Assembly: GCF_022045235.1 (NCBI RefSeq)
Contig: NW_027266271.1
Location: 29,512,001 to 29,576,000 of the forward strand
Reading direction: 5' to 3'
Length of the DNA: 64,000 nt
DNA from: Haliotis cracherodii
Lineage: Eukaryota
The position numbers were made by a program, and so were the translations under genes. Numbering within the stretch: position 1 is the stretch's first letter; each line of letters opens with the position of its first letter. The notes under the pieces were generated by a model. The model searched no databases and was not told the DNA's origin. It saw only the letters and a list, made by a program, of their open reading frames with translations. This document shows positions 42,101-48,942 of this stretch, one piece after another.

Positions 42101-45100
42101 GAAGATTAGAACACTTATACACGATTTATCTGTAAGTATTGATGGGAGTCACATCTGTGAAGACTAGAACACTTATACACGATTTATCTGTAAGTATTGA
42201 TGGGAGTCACATCTGTGATTATTAGAACATTTATTCATGATTTATCTGTAAGTATTGATGGGAGTCACATCTGTGATTATTAGAACATTTATTCATGATT
42301 TATCTGTAAGTATTGATGGGAGTCACATCTGTAATTATTGGAACATTTATTCATGATTTATCTGTAAGTATTGATGGGAGTCACATCTGTAATTATAAGA
42401 ACATTTATTCATGATTTATCTGTAAGTATTGATTATTGGAACATTTATATAATAGTAATTAGAACATTTATACATGATTTATGACACTATATATTGCAAT
42501 ACAAGTGTTTTGCCAATACAATGCCTTACATATTAATATTAAAGAAGTGAAGGATCTAAATTTCTGCTGTGAATAATTGAATGATTCAGCACGAAAAAAC
42601 TTTTAGACTGTTTAGCAAGAGTGTGTGTGAGCTCAGAATTGTTGTTGGTAGATTTCAAATAGTACATACTTGAAATGATCACAAAAATATCTGCCAAAAT
42701 CATTATTCAGTGCCAAACTATTCTCCAGAGATGAATGAATGTGGACTTCTCTAGGTGTTCCAGCGGACCCATAGTAGCCAAAGTCTAAAACAAATATTGG
42801 TCAATATTAGGCTAAACAAAAATGGTGTTATGGTAATGGCGGCAATAGGAGTTTGTATGGTTGTTTATGTAGGGATGCCCTTTCCCAAGTTGATGGTACA
42901 CAACTGTTTATTTGGTTACATACCAGTTTAAACTAGCAACAACCAAAAAAGCACCACCCACCCGCTCTCTATATTTTTTTTTTCACCTTACAAATTTCAA
43001 ATGACAAATCTTCCATTTCATGTTATTGTGATTTTAACTTCTGTTTTAGGTTGCAAAGGGACATGTAAAAAGACAAAAATGACTCATTTAGTTCAATGCA
43101 ATACTTGAATATGTCTGAAAATAAGGACTTGAATATTTCAAAGTTGTGGACAAAATAGGTTTCTTGCCAGTTTGCCTGCCACAGATATAAATAGAGAATC
43201 TCACCCGAGTGTCTTTTCATATCAAAATATATCAACGCAAGTTGATAAAAGTGGTAAAAACTCTGAGGCTTGTCAAGAACTTTTTCCACTTTTATCAACA
43301 AGTGTTGATGTATTTGATAACAAAAGACACTCGGATGAGATGGTATTTATCATCCAACATCATTCTTCCAACTTTTTCAGTTTGTATACAGTAAAAAGCA
43401 GTGTCTGAAGTGTAAAAAGTACTGCTAACAGCTTCAGTAGCAGAGTCATTAGTGATGTCATTTGATTGTGACATCATGGTAACCAATGACGTCACAATGG
43501 TTTGCAAAGTATTGTGATGCAATTTCATTGCAGCGATATGTGCAATGTAGGTACTGCTTGATCTCACCCAAGTCATATCACCTGTGGGAGCCAGTTTGAG
43601 ATGATAAATACCTGGGTACACACAGTACACCACTACAATGGCGAGACTTCTGGTGGTACAACTCACCTATCTGCTTCACACAGTGATGTGTTTAATGATG
43701 TCTCACACCTTCAGTCTCAAGCAGTATCAGGAATGACATAACAAAGAGCTTGCCTTGTTCCACCATGTTGCAGGCTGACCTCCTGCATTACTACATGACC
43801 GGGTGAACCAGGTAGACCTGATATGGAACATAACAATTACTAATATATGGCTTTTTTAATGAAAGAATGTTTTATTTTAATGCTTACCTAAAGATAACCA
43901 AGTATTTGGCTAATGTGGACTTAGCTAATACTATACTACCAACCATGGATAGAAATGGTATGACTATATATGTATGTGTGTGTCAGTCACTAGCCAGATG
44001 TTGTACTCTTGGATGTTTTATAGCCTTTTAGTTTTCTCCTTTCTACTCACTGTTATTATTTGGCTGGCCTGTGGCTTGGATTCTGTTGTTGGTTAGGTGA
44101 GCTACAGAGGCTATTACCACCCACCCCTGCCCAAACCTTTTAAAAATAACACATTTCTAAGGTGGACCCCCCTACTCACTCCTTTTCAAATTCACACATT
44201 TCCAAGTGGACCCCCTCAAATTCTTCTTAAATTAAAACATTTCCAAGTGGACCCCCTCAAGTTCTTCTTAAATTAAAACATTTCCAAGTGGATCCCCCTC
44301 AAATTCTTCTTAAATTAAAACATTTCCAAGTGGACCCCCCTCAAATTCTTCTTAAAGTAACACATTTCCAAGTGGACCCCCCTCAAACTCTTCTTAAAGT
44401 AACACATTTCCAAGTGGATCCCCCTCAGACTCTTCTTAAAGTAACACATTTCCAAGTGGATCCCCCTCAAACTCTTCTTAAAGTAACACATTTCCAAGTG
44501 GACCCCCTTCAAACTCTTCTTAAAGTAACACATTTCCAAATGGACCCTCCTCAAACTCTTCTTAAATTAACACATTTCCAAATGGACCCCCCTCAAACTC
44601 TTCTTAAAGTAACACATTTCAAAATGGACCCCCCTCAAACTCTTCTTACAGTAACACATTTCCAAGTGGATCCCCCTCAAACTCTTCTTAAAGTAACACA
44701 TTTCAAAATGGACCCCCCTCAAACTCTTCTTAAAGTAACACATTTCAAAATGGACCCCCCTCAAACTCTTCTTAAAGTAACACATTTCCAAATGGACCCT
44801 CCTCAAACCTTCCTTAAAGTAACACATTTCCAAGTGGATCCCCCTCAGACTCTTCTTAAAGTAACACATTTCCAAATGGACCCTCCTCAAACTCTTCTTA
44901 AAGTAACACATTTCCAAATGGATCCCCCTCAGACTCTTCTTAAAGTAACACATTTCCAAGTGGACCCTCCTCAAACTCTTCTTAAAGTAACACATTTCCA
45001 AATGGACCCTCCTCAAACTCTTCTTAAAGTAACACATTTCCAAGTGGATCCCCCTCAGACTCTTCTTAAAGTAACACATTTCCAAGTGGATCCCCCTCAA

Positions 45101-48003
45101 ACTCTTCTTAAAGTAACACATTTCCAAGTGGACCCCCCTCAAAATCTTCTTAAAGTAACACATTTCAAAATGGACCCTCCTCAAACTCTTCTTAAATTAA
45201 CACATTTCCAAATGGACCCCCCTCAAACTCTTCTTACAGTAACACATTTCCAAGTGGATCCCCCTCAAACTCTTCTTAAAGTAACACATTTCAAAATGGA
45301 CCCCCCTCAAACTTTTCTTAAAGTAATACATTTCAAAATGGACCCCCCTCAAACTCTTCTTAAAGTAACACATTTCCAAATGGACCCCCCTCAAACTCTT
45401 CTTACAGTAACACATTTCCAAATGGACCCTCCTCAAACTCTTCTTAAAGTAACACATTTCCAAATGGACCCTCCTCAAACTCTTCTTAAAGTAACACATT
45501 TCCAAGTGGATCCCCCTCAGACTCTTCTTAAAGTAACACATTTCCAAGTGGATCCCCCTCAAACTCTTCTTACAGTAACACATTTCCAAGTGGATCCCCC
45601 TCAAACTCTTCTTAAAGTAACACATTTCCAAGTGGATCCCCCTCAAACTCTTCTTACAGTAACACATTTCCAAATGGATCCCCCTCAAACTCTTCTTAAA
45701 GTAACACATTTCCAAGTGGACCCCCCTCAAACTCTTCTTAAAGTAACACATTTCCAAATGGACCCTCCTCAAACTCTTCTTAAAGTAACACATTTCCAAG
45801 TGGATCCCCCTCAGACTCTTCTTTAAGTAACACATTTCCAAATGGAGCCCCACAAACTCTTCTTAAAGTAACACATTTCCAAGTGGACCCCCCTCAAACT
45901 CTTCTTAAAGTAACACATTTCCAAGTGGATCCCCCTCAAACTCTTCTTAAAGTAACACATTTCCAAGTGGATCCCCCTCAAACTCTTCTTAAAGTAACAC
46001 ATTTCCAAGTGGATCCCCCTCAGACTCTTCTTTAAGTAACACATTTCCAAATGGACCCTCCTCAAACTCTTCTTAAAGTAACACATTTCCAAGTGGATCC
46101 CCCTCAGACTCTTCTTTAAGTAACACATTTCCAAATGGAGCCCCACAAACTCTTCTTAAAGTAACACATTTCCAAGTGGACCCCCCTCAAACTCTTCTTA
46201 AAGTAACACATTTCCAAGTGGATCCCCCTCAAACTCTTCTTAAAGTAACACATTTCCAAGTGGATCCCCCTCAAACTCTTCTTAAAGTAACACATTTCCA
46301 AGTGGATCCCCCTCAAACTCTTCTTAAAGTAACACATTTCCAAGTGGATTCCCCTCAAACTCTTCTTACAGTAACACATTTCCAAATGGATCCCCCTCAA
46401 ACTCTTCTTAAAGTAACACATTTCCAAGTGGACCCCCCTCAAACTCTTCTTAAAGTAACACATTTCCAAATGGACCCTCCTCAAACTCTTCTTAAAGTAA
46501 CACATTTCCAAGTGGATCCCCCTCAGACTCTTCTTTAAGTAACACATTTCCAAATGGAGCCCCACAAACTCTTCTTAAAGTAACACATTTCCAAGTGGAC
46601 CCCCCTCAAACTATTCTTAAAGTAACACATTTCCAAGTGGAGCCCCACAAACTCTTCTTAAAGTAACACATTTCCAAATGGACCCCCCTCAAACTCTTCT
46701 TAAAGTAACACATTTCCAAGTAGACCCCCCTCAAACTCTTCTTAAAGTAACACATTTCCATGTGGACCCCTATTGAAGCTTACAAATGAGAATGTGATGC
46801 ATCCAGAGGTGCACCTTTCTCTCCCGAGTCTGCATGGCCTGGTAACCTGTGTGATGAGACTGTCAGCAGCATGACTTCTATTCTTGTATTATTCTTTAGT
46901 TGATGGGTGCATCTTTCATTTCAGTTTCACAGATTGTCCATTTTGCATGTCAAATGACACACTCTGTTGTTATGGCTGTCATTTATCAGACTGTAAACAG
47001 ATTTAGTTTGTGTAGATTGTAGCTTCAGCCGTCAGGCAATTGCATAAGGGCAGACAACCTCTTTCCTCATACCCGTATGTGTTTGAAGAGGTGGAGGTGT
47101 GAGTGTTGATAGTGAGGTTTGGGGTATGGCAGCAGTTGCTGGTAGTGGATGGGGGTGTTTAAATGGGTTTTAGGGTGGGTGTGATAGATGGGGTTTGAGG
47201 GTGGGTGTAATAGATTGGTGTTTGAGGATGGAATGTGATAGAGGGGGGTTGAGGATGTGGTGTAATAGAGGGGGGTTTGAGGATGAGGTGTGATAGATGG
47301 TGGTTTGAGGATTGGTTGTAACAGATGGGGTTTGAGGATGGGGTTTGAGGGTGGGTGTGATAGATGGGGTTTGAGGGTGGGTGTGATAGATGGAGTTTGA
47401 GGGTGGGTGTGATAGATGGTGGTTTGAGGATTGGTTGTAACAGATGGGGTTTGAGGATGTGGTGTAATAGAGGGGCGGGATAGATGGGGTTTGAGGGTGG
47501 GGTTGATGGTGGATGTAATAGTTTGGGTTTTAGGATGGGGTTTCAGGGTTGGTGTGATAGATGGGGTTTGAGGGTGGGTGTGATAGATGGGGTTTGAGGG
47601 TGGGGTTTGATGGTGGGTGTAATAGTTTGGGTTTTAGGATGGGGTTTCAGGGTGGGTGTGATAGATGGTGGTTTGAGGATTGGTTGTAACAGATGGGGTT
47701 TGAGGATGTGGTGTAATAGAGGGGCGGGATAGATGGGGTTTGAGGGTGGGGTTTGATGGTGGGTGTAATAGTTTGGGTTTTAGGATGGGGTTTCAGGGTG
47801 GGTGTGATAGATGGTGGTTTGAGGATGGGGTGTGATAGATGGTGGTTTGCTTATGGGGTGTGATAGATTGGGTTTTAGGATGGTGTTTGAAGGATGGGAT
47901 GGGATAAGTGGGGGCTCAGGATGGGGTGTGACAGATGGGGGTTTCAGGGTGGGTGGGGGTTAGATGGGAGTAGGGAGGGGGTGTTAGATGGGGGTATTTG
48001 GGG

Positions 48004-48039
<36 letters not shown>

Positions 48040-48550
48040 GATCAACACATGTGGAAGCTGAACGTCTTAGTGAGGAGAATAGAATCTCTGTTGATTTATT
48101 TTTTTCTTCCTAACTATGAACGATTATAGAATGTGCCCTGATTGTGTTAACACAGCACCACATTTTTCATGTAAATGATTTTCTTAATTGTCAATGCCAG
48201 TGTATCGATTTATATGCCTCAATATTCTTCAACAAATAAAAAAAAAGCAAAATATCAGTACTTGACAATGTCATTAACTATTGATCTTGAAATAACTTTT
48301 TATGATAATTTTTAATATTCTGTGTTGTTTACTGGTGTACTAGTTTTATGGTTGTGTTGAGCATCTGCATCATGCGTATCATCATCTCTTCCAGGACAAG
48401 TCTCCAAGTCACTTCCCATACGCAGCTAAGAGATCCAGTGTGCATGGCCTTCACCGTCCCAAACTCAACCATTCTAAACCTACCCATCATGCAACCTTGC
48501 CACCCCTTCAGCTGCGGACGCTCATCAGTTGTATCAGAGTGGATACCTAG
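1..48550 (+). CDS. Multi-exon WD repeat-containing protein 87/97-like gene, 5'-partial (post-WD40 half incl. HEAT/ARM-like region and low-complexity C-terminus)
   Basis: Hand-spliced GT-AG exons with mostly compatible phases: <1-36, 4674-4853, 6404-6487, 7653-7741, 7955-8062, 12211-12400, ~20956-21021, 21396-21553, 22861-23084, 23420-23591, 24586-24711, 24869-25018, 26583-26736, 27012-27222, 27742-27789, 28933-29039, 29347-29382(?), 36976-37124, 39575-39750, 40271-40470, 40659-40729, 40999-41178, 41814-42015, 43774-43811, 47016-47096, 48395-48550. Junction 6487/7653 yields PIIAPDGYIPNSVIR, a motif I recall from WDR87-type proteins; the family call is from memory, not a search. Confidence 0.7.
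365..1365. repeat. Degenerate GT-rich ~11-bp minisatellite (GTGTCTGTGGT variants)
   Basis: Direct inspection. Confidence 0.95.
1573..1768. repeat. 63-bp tandem repeat x3
   Basis: Direct inspection. Confidence 0.95.
2131..3365. repeat. 68-bp tandem array, ~15 units forward then ~3 inverted
   Basis: Orientation switch at ~3150-3158. Confidence 0.95.
3440..4368. repeat. 15-bp minisatellite (GTGAACCTTGTGACC)
   Basis: Direct inspection. Confidence 0.95.
4674..4853 (+). CDS. Exon ETILHQQ...GEEDDEGIGVELDEEAK
   Basis: gtgtcctcAG acceptor, AGG|GTAGGT donor, phase 1 to 1. Confidence 0.75.
4846..6175. repeat. GA-rich ~42-54-bp minisatellite starting at a splice donor
   Basis: Unit core GGAGAGATTCATGGCTAGATGTAGGTGTGGCTTGG. 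Confidence 0.95.
6404..6487 (+). CDS. Exon VIQVYDPYLGLTALERELLERKPIIAPD(G)
   Basis: ttcacAG acceptor, ACG|GTGAGT donor, phase 1 to 1. Confidence 0.85.
6722..7276 (-). mobile_element. Non-autonomous TIR element family X, copy 1 (7-bp TSD TTTTATT)
   Basis: ~70-bp imperfect TIRs; internal sequence is the reverse complement of the copies at 22288 and 23932. Confidence 0.8.
7653..7741 (+). CDS. Exon (G)YIPNSVIRKILGQGRATDQQTLLPWKPRR
   Basis: gaacAG acceptor, CGG|GTAAGT donor; completes the APDGYIPNSVIR motif. Confidence 0.88.
7955..8062 (+). CDS. Exon VPRADPRHLPPGWEARLRAYEEEMEAGSQRSVSSTE
   Basis: ctgcAG acceptor, GAG|GTCAGT donor, phase 0 to 0. Confidence 0.85.
8075..10152. repeat. 17-bp minisatellite (ACATGACCTTGCTCTCC)
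   Basis: Direct inspection. Confidence 0.95.
10351..10620 (+). mobile_element. Interspersed repeat family D (SINE-like, (AAAC)n tail)
   Basis: Related copies at ~1800-1970(-), 25985-26230(-), 61700-61845(-), 62045-62240(+). Confidence 0.7.
11170..11900. repeat. 25-bp minisatellite (AGAGGTGATGAGTGGGGTAGCACAG)
   Basis: Direct inspection. Confidence 0.95.
12211..12400 (+). CDS. Exon SRKTFLWDDYDDDEGE...AGDSTKPT
   Basis: tctcacAG acceptor, CAC|GTGAGT donor, phase 0 to 1. Confidence 0.85.
12820..17058. repeat. 28-bp minisatellite grading into a 36-bp derivative
   Basis: AGAACACCACTAGCTAATGTACAGGACA becomes AGAACACCACTAGCCAATGTACAGGACTAGCCACCC from ~15590. Confidence 0.95.
17145..17211. repeat. 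(CACT)n microsatellite; another at 27665-27720
   Basis: Direct inspection. Confidence 0.9.
17780..18050. mobile_element. Possible PIF/Harbinger (Tourist-like) MITE
   Basis: Degenerate TIRs AGGGACCGACCATCTAAAATTC / GAATATCAAATGATCGTTTCCT|AA. Confidence 0.35.
19078..20999. repeat. 49-bp tandem array (~39 units) bounded by a splice acceptor and an exon end
   Basis: Unit GACACCAGACCCTATCACCATGTCCTCACWGGCCGTTAACTCTCCACAT. Confidence 0.97.
20956..21021 (+). CDS. Exon overlapping the last unit of the 49-bp array (..SSQAVNSPHDHPIPYTE); 5' boundary uncertain
   Basis: GAAG|GTAGTT donor in phase 1 matches 21396; acceptor candidates at 20955, 20978 or 19077. Confidence 0.5.
21396..21553 (+). CDS. Exon DKPASHGKPPPSPK...KTQVPTQ
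   Basis: Strong polypyrimidine ttttttccAG acceptor, CAG|GTGATC donor, phase 1 to 0. Confidence 0.8.
21856..22031. mobile_element. Tigger/pogo-like MITE, TA TSD
   Basis: TA|CAGTAAAATACGTTGATAACGAAC ... GTTCGTTATAACCGTAGTATACTG|TA. Confidence 0.75.
22288..22799 (+). mobile_element. Non-autonomous TIR element family X, copy 2
   Basis: Shares CCACCCTTGCCGAACTAGGCTGG TIR core and internal sequence; TSD not evident. Confidence 0.8.
22861..23084 (+). CDS. Exon SEDTAKK...LLQRLLAEDWFPSD...ICDYIVALQ
   Basis: gttgtAG acceptor, GGA|GTAAGA donor, phase 0 to 2, open helical sequence. Confidence 0.88.
23420..23591 (+). CDS. HEAT-like exon ETPMMK...EIRSDCVRTLRDLGMDSNDIITAILPKLVDPS
   Basis: cacAG acceptor, TCA|GTAAGT donor, phase 2 to 0; LxDxxxxVR HEAT-like pattern across the next junction. 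Confidence 0.88.
23645..23925. repeat. (GT)n-rich microsatellite containing an assembly gap (N 23706-23838)
   Basis: Direct inspection. Confidence 0.95.
23932..24478 (+). mobile_element. Non-autonomous TIR element family X, copy 3 (7-bp TSD TGCATGC)
   Basis: CCATC...GATGG termini, ~70-bp TIRs, flanking 7-bp direct repeat. Confidence 0.82.
24586..24711 (+). CDS. Exon RGVRQESVIALVELTGVKDKESLADLLHRLGV...EDE
   Basis: gtccAG acceptor, GAG|GTAACA donor, phase 0 to 0. Confidence 0.88.
24869..25018 (+). CDS. Exon ENALKILRDKIG...EEYMTLR
   Basis: cccctAG acceptor, AGG|GTGAGT donor, 50 codons. Confidence 0.85.
25420..25590 (-). mobile_element. tRNA-derived SINE family A
   Basis: Aligns by eye to the 60907-61073 copy. 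Confidence 0.85.
25985..26230 (-). mobile_element. Interspersed repeat family D
   Basis: Reverse-complement similarity to 10351-10620, (GTTT)n tail. Confidence 0.7.
26583..26736 (+). CDS. Exon DGEEAGVAKRVKIVSPDSEE...RPSRSVK
   Basis: gtacAG acceptor, AAC|GTGAGT donor, phase 0 to 1. Confidence 0.8.
27012..27222 (+). CDS. Exon (frame ambiguous; PGGKSSSALEEKKPDVTEE... if phase 1)
   Basis: ttcttccccAG acceptor, TCG|GTTGGT donor; all three frames open. Confidence 0.6.
27742..27789 (+). CDS. Small exon (48 nt), frame ambiguous
   Basis: catttcAG acceptor, AAG|GTCAGT donor. Confidence 0.6.
27813..27826. promoter_or_regulatory. RFX X-box-like motif GTTGCCATAGTAAC
   Basis: Close match to the X-box consensus GTTGCCATGGCAAC; intronic, function unproven. 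Confidence 0.3.
28095..28882. repeat. 18-bp C-rich minisatellite (CCCCTCCCCTCCATCTCG)
   Basis: Direct inspection. Confidence 0.95.
28933..29039 (+). CDS. Exon (two open frames: GSVPREVLES...PPSK or RFRPKGGSG...ATLK)
   Basis: ttcttcAG acceptor, AAG|GTAAGT donor. Confidence 0.7.
29347..29382 (+). CDS. Possible 36-nt exon
   Basis: ttctAG acceptor, CAG|GTGAGC donor; phase conflicts with neighbours. Confidence 0.4.
32457..34036 (+). pseudogene. Tc1 transposase pseudogene
   Basis: MPRLS..AIGRL HTH, GRPRVTT, in-frame TAG at 32886, FTDGS, VWGGIG, frameshift ~33140, QQDNAHPHTAR, WPALSQDFNPIIHLW (catalytic E lost), interrupted 33319-33890. Confidence 0.92.
33319..33890. mobile_element. Truncated TA-inserted DNA element (CCGTA terminus, pogo/Tc2-like) nested in the transposase
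   Basis: Removing it restores NDV-RPRPTTA; TA on both sides; left end TA|CCGTATATGTCC; no right TIR seen. Confidence 0.6.
34176..35199. mobile_element. Non-autonomous hairpin-ended element (Crypton-like) nested in the Tc1 3' region
   Basis: 152-bp imperfect palindrome 34182-34333; TCTTTATCATATAATG (34331) inverted at 35184-35199; ATAAA at both junctions. Confidence 0.6.
35548..35889. mobile_element. MITE, TA TSD (Tc1/mariner-pogo type)
   Basis: TA|CCGTATTCGATGTAATAAGCGCCC ... GGGCGATTATTATGTCGAATACAG|TA. Confidence 0.75.
36976..37124 (+). CDS. Exon GQRDSGQVLSNRLIEYARMSSDKDSD...EISQQ
   Basis: ttgaAG acceptor, CAA|GTGAGT donor; only the phase-1 frame is open. Confidence 0.75.
37404..37660 (+). 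mobile_element. tRNA-derived SINE family B (long A-B box spacing)
   Basis: TGGCCCAGTCGTCTAAGG A box, GGTTCGAATCC B box, CACT tail, imperfect TSD CCARTGAGAAYCG. Confidence 0.8.
38099..38815. repeat. 26-bp minisatellite (GAGAATGGGATGAGTATAGGCTGCTT)
   Basis: Direct inspection. Confidence 0.95.
39575..39750 (+). CDS. Exon TEIHSQEGLSFYDSGIGISD... / ...SYKKKVKQRQLSPVKSSSNGSSPPPKK with apparent +1 frameshift
   Basis: gttgtAG acceptor, AAG|GTAGGA donor; 176 nt where 175 is needed by the flanking phases. Confidence 0.7.
40050..40295. repeat. 40-bp tandem repeat ending in the real acceptor/exon start at 40271
   Basis: Unit GGGAAAGATTGGAAGGAATTCTTTCAGTTCTATGGTTGGA. Confidence 0.9.
40271..40470 (+). 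CDS. Exon GKDWKEFFETPT...GLRLLHTVRVAEK
   Basis: tttttgcAG acceptor, AAG|GTATGT donor, phase 1 to 0. Confidence 0.85.
40659..40729 (+). CDS. Exon DKSDSEKHKVEAVPGRLSVHTQN(V)
   Basis: ttttcAG acceptor, CGT|GTAAGT donor, phase 0 to 2. Confidence 0.85.
40999..41178 (+). CDS. Exon DSGRSNFGVLQMQWTT...GNILYKP
   Basis: gttccAG acceptor, ACA|GTAAGT donor, phase 2 to 2. Confidence 0.85.
41350..41721 (+). mobile_element. Helentron-associated non-autonomous element (HINE / DINE-1-like)
   Basis: 5' subTIR TATTCCCCGCCC with adjacent IR, (GTCC)n-like tract, 3' GGGGCGGGGTATA, terminal stem-loop GCCACGTTAGTGGC, CTCTTGTT end. Confidence 0.75.
41814..42015 (+). CDS. Exon ITHMDEVDTRFP...RLAKKKLHHYIS
   Basis: ccttctAG acceptor, TCT|GTAAGT donor, phase 2 to 0. 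Confidence 0.87.
42010..42482. repeat. 58-bp tandem repeat (~8 units), each carrying TCT|GTAAGT
   Basis: First unit begins at the exon donor 42015/42016. Confidence 0.95.
43774..43811 (+). CDS. Small exon AD(P)PALLHDRVNQ, apparently missing 1 nt
   Basis: ttgcAG acceptor, CAG|GTAGAC donor; 38 nt between phase-0 neighbours. Confidence 0.5.
44140..46770. repeat. 42-bp minisatellite (~62 units)
   Basis: Unit GTGGATCCCCCTCAAACTCTTCTTAAAGTAACACATTTCCAA. Confidence 0.97.
47016..47096 (+). CDS. Exon IVASAVRQLHKGRQPLSSYPYVFEEVE
   Basis: tttgtgtAG acceptor, GAG|GTGTGA donor, 27 codons. Confidence 0.65.
47110..48037. repeat. G-rich degenerate ~26-bp repeat ending in poly(G)
   Basis: GATAGATGGGGTTTGAGGGTGGGTGT variants. 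Confidence 0.9.
48395..48550 (+). CDS. Terminal coding exon DKSPSHFPY...LISCIRVDT*
   Basis: ctcttccAG acceptor, phase 0, ends at TAG 48548-48550. Confidence 0.65.
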   Translation, partial: DKSPSHFPYAAKRSSVHGLHRPKLNHSKPTHHATLPPLQLRTLISCIRVDT

Positions 48551-48551
48551 T

Positions 48552-48942
48552 CTGTTGCAGGCCTGCTACAGCTTGTTGCAGACCCGCTACAGTTTGTTAC
48601 AGACCTGCTACAGCTTGTTGCAGACCCACTACAGCTTGTTGCAGACCCACTTCAGCTTGTTGCAGACCCACTACAGTTTGTTACAGACCTGCTACAGCTT
48701 GTTGCAGACCCACTACAGCTTGTTGCAGACCCACTTCAGCTTGTTGCAGACCCACTACAGTTTGTTACAGACCTGCTACAGCTTGTTGCAGACCCACTAC
48801 AGCTTGTTGCAGACCCACTTCAGCTTGTTGCAGACCCACTACAGTTTGTTACAGACCTGCTACAGCTTGTTGCAGACCCACTACAGCTTGTTGCAGACCC
48901 ACTACAGCTTGTTACAGACCCACTACAGCTTGCTACAGCTTG
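48552..48942. repeat. 21-bp minisatellite with 63-bp higher-order pattern, right after the stop codon
   Basis: GCTTGTTGCAGACCCACTACA variants. Confidence 0.95.

Noticed and set aside
44098-44230. Possible exon after ttggttAG (VSYRGYYHPPLPKPF..)
   Set aside because: Runs into the satellite and stops; the gene splices coherently without it, though an alternative terminal exon cannot be excluded
44288-45826. 512-aa ORF of DPPQTLLKVTHFQV repeats
   Set aside because: Read-through of a 42-bp intronic minisatellite; open on both strands, broken by stops in later units, no credible splice sites or start
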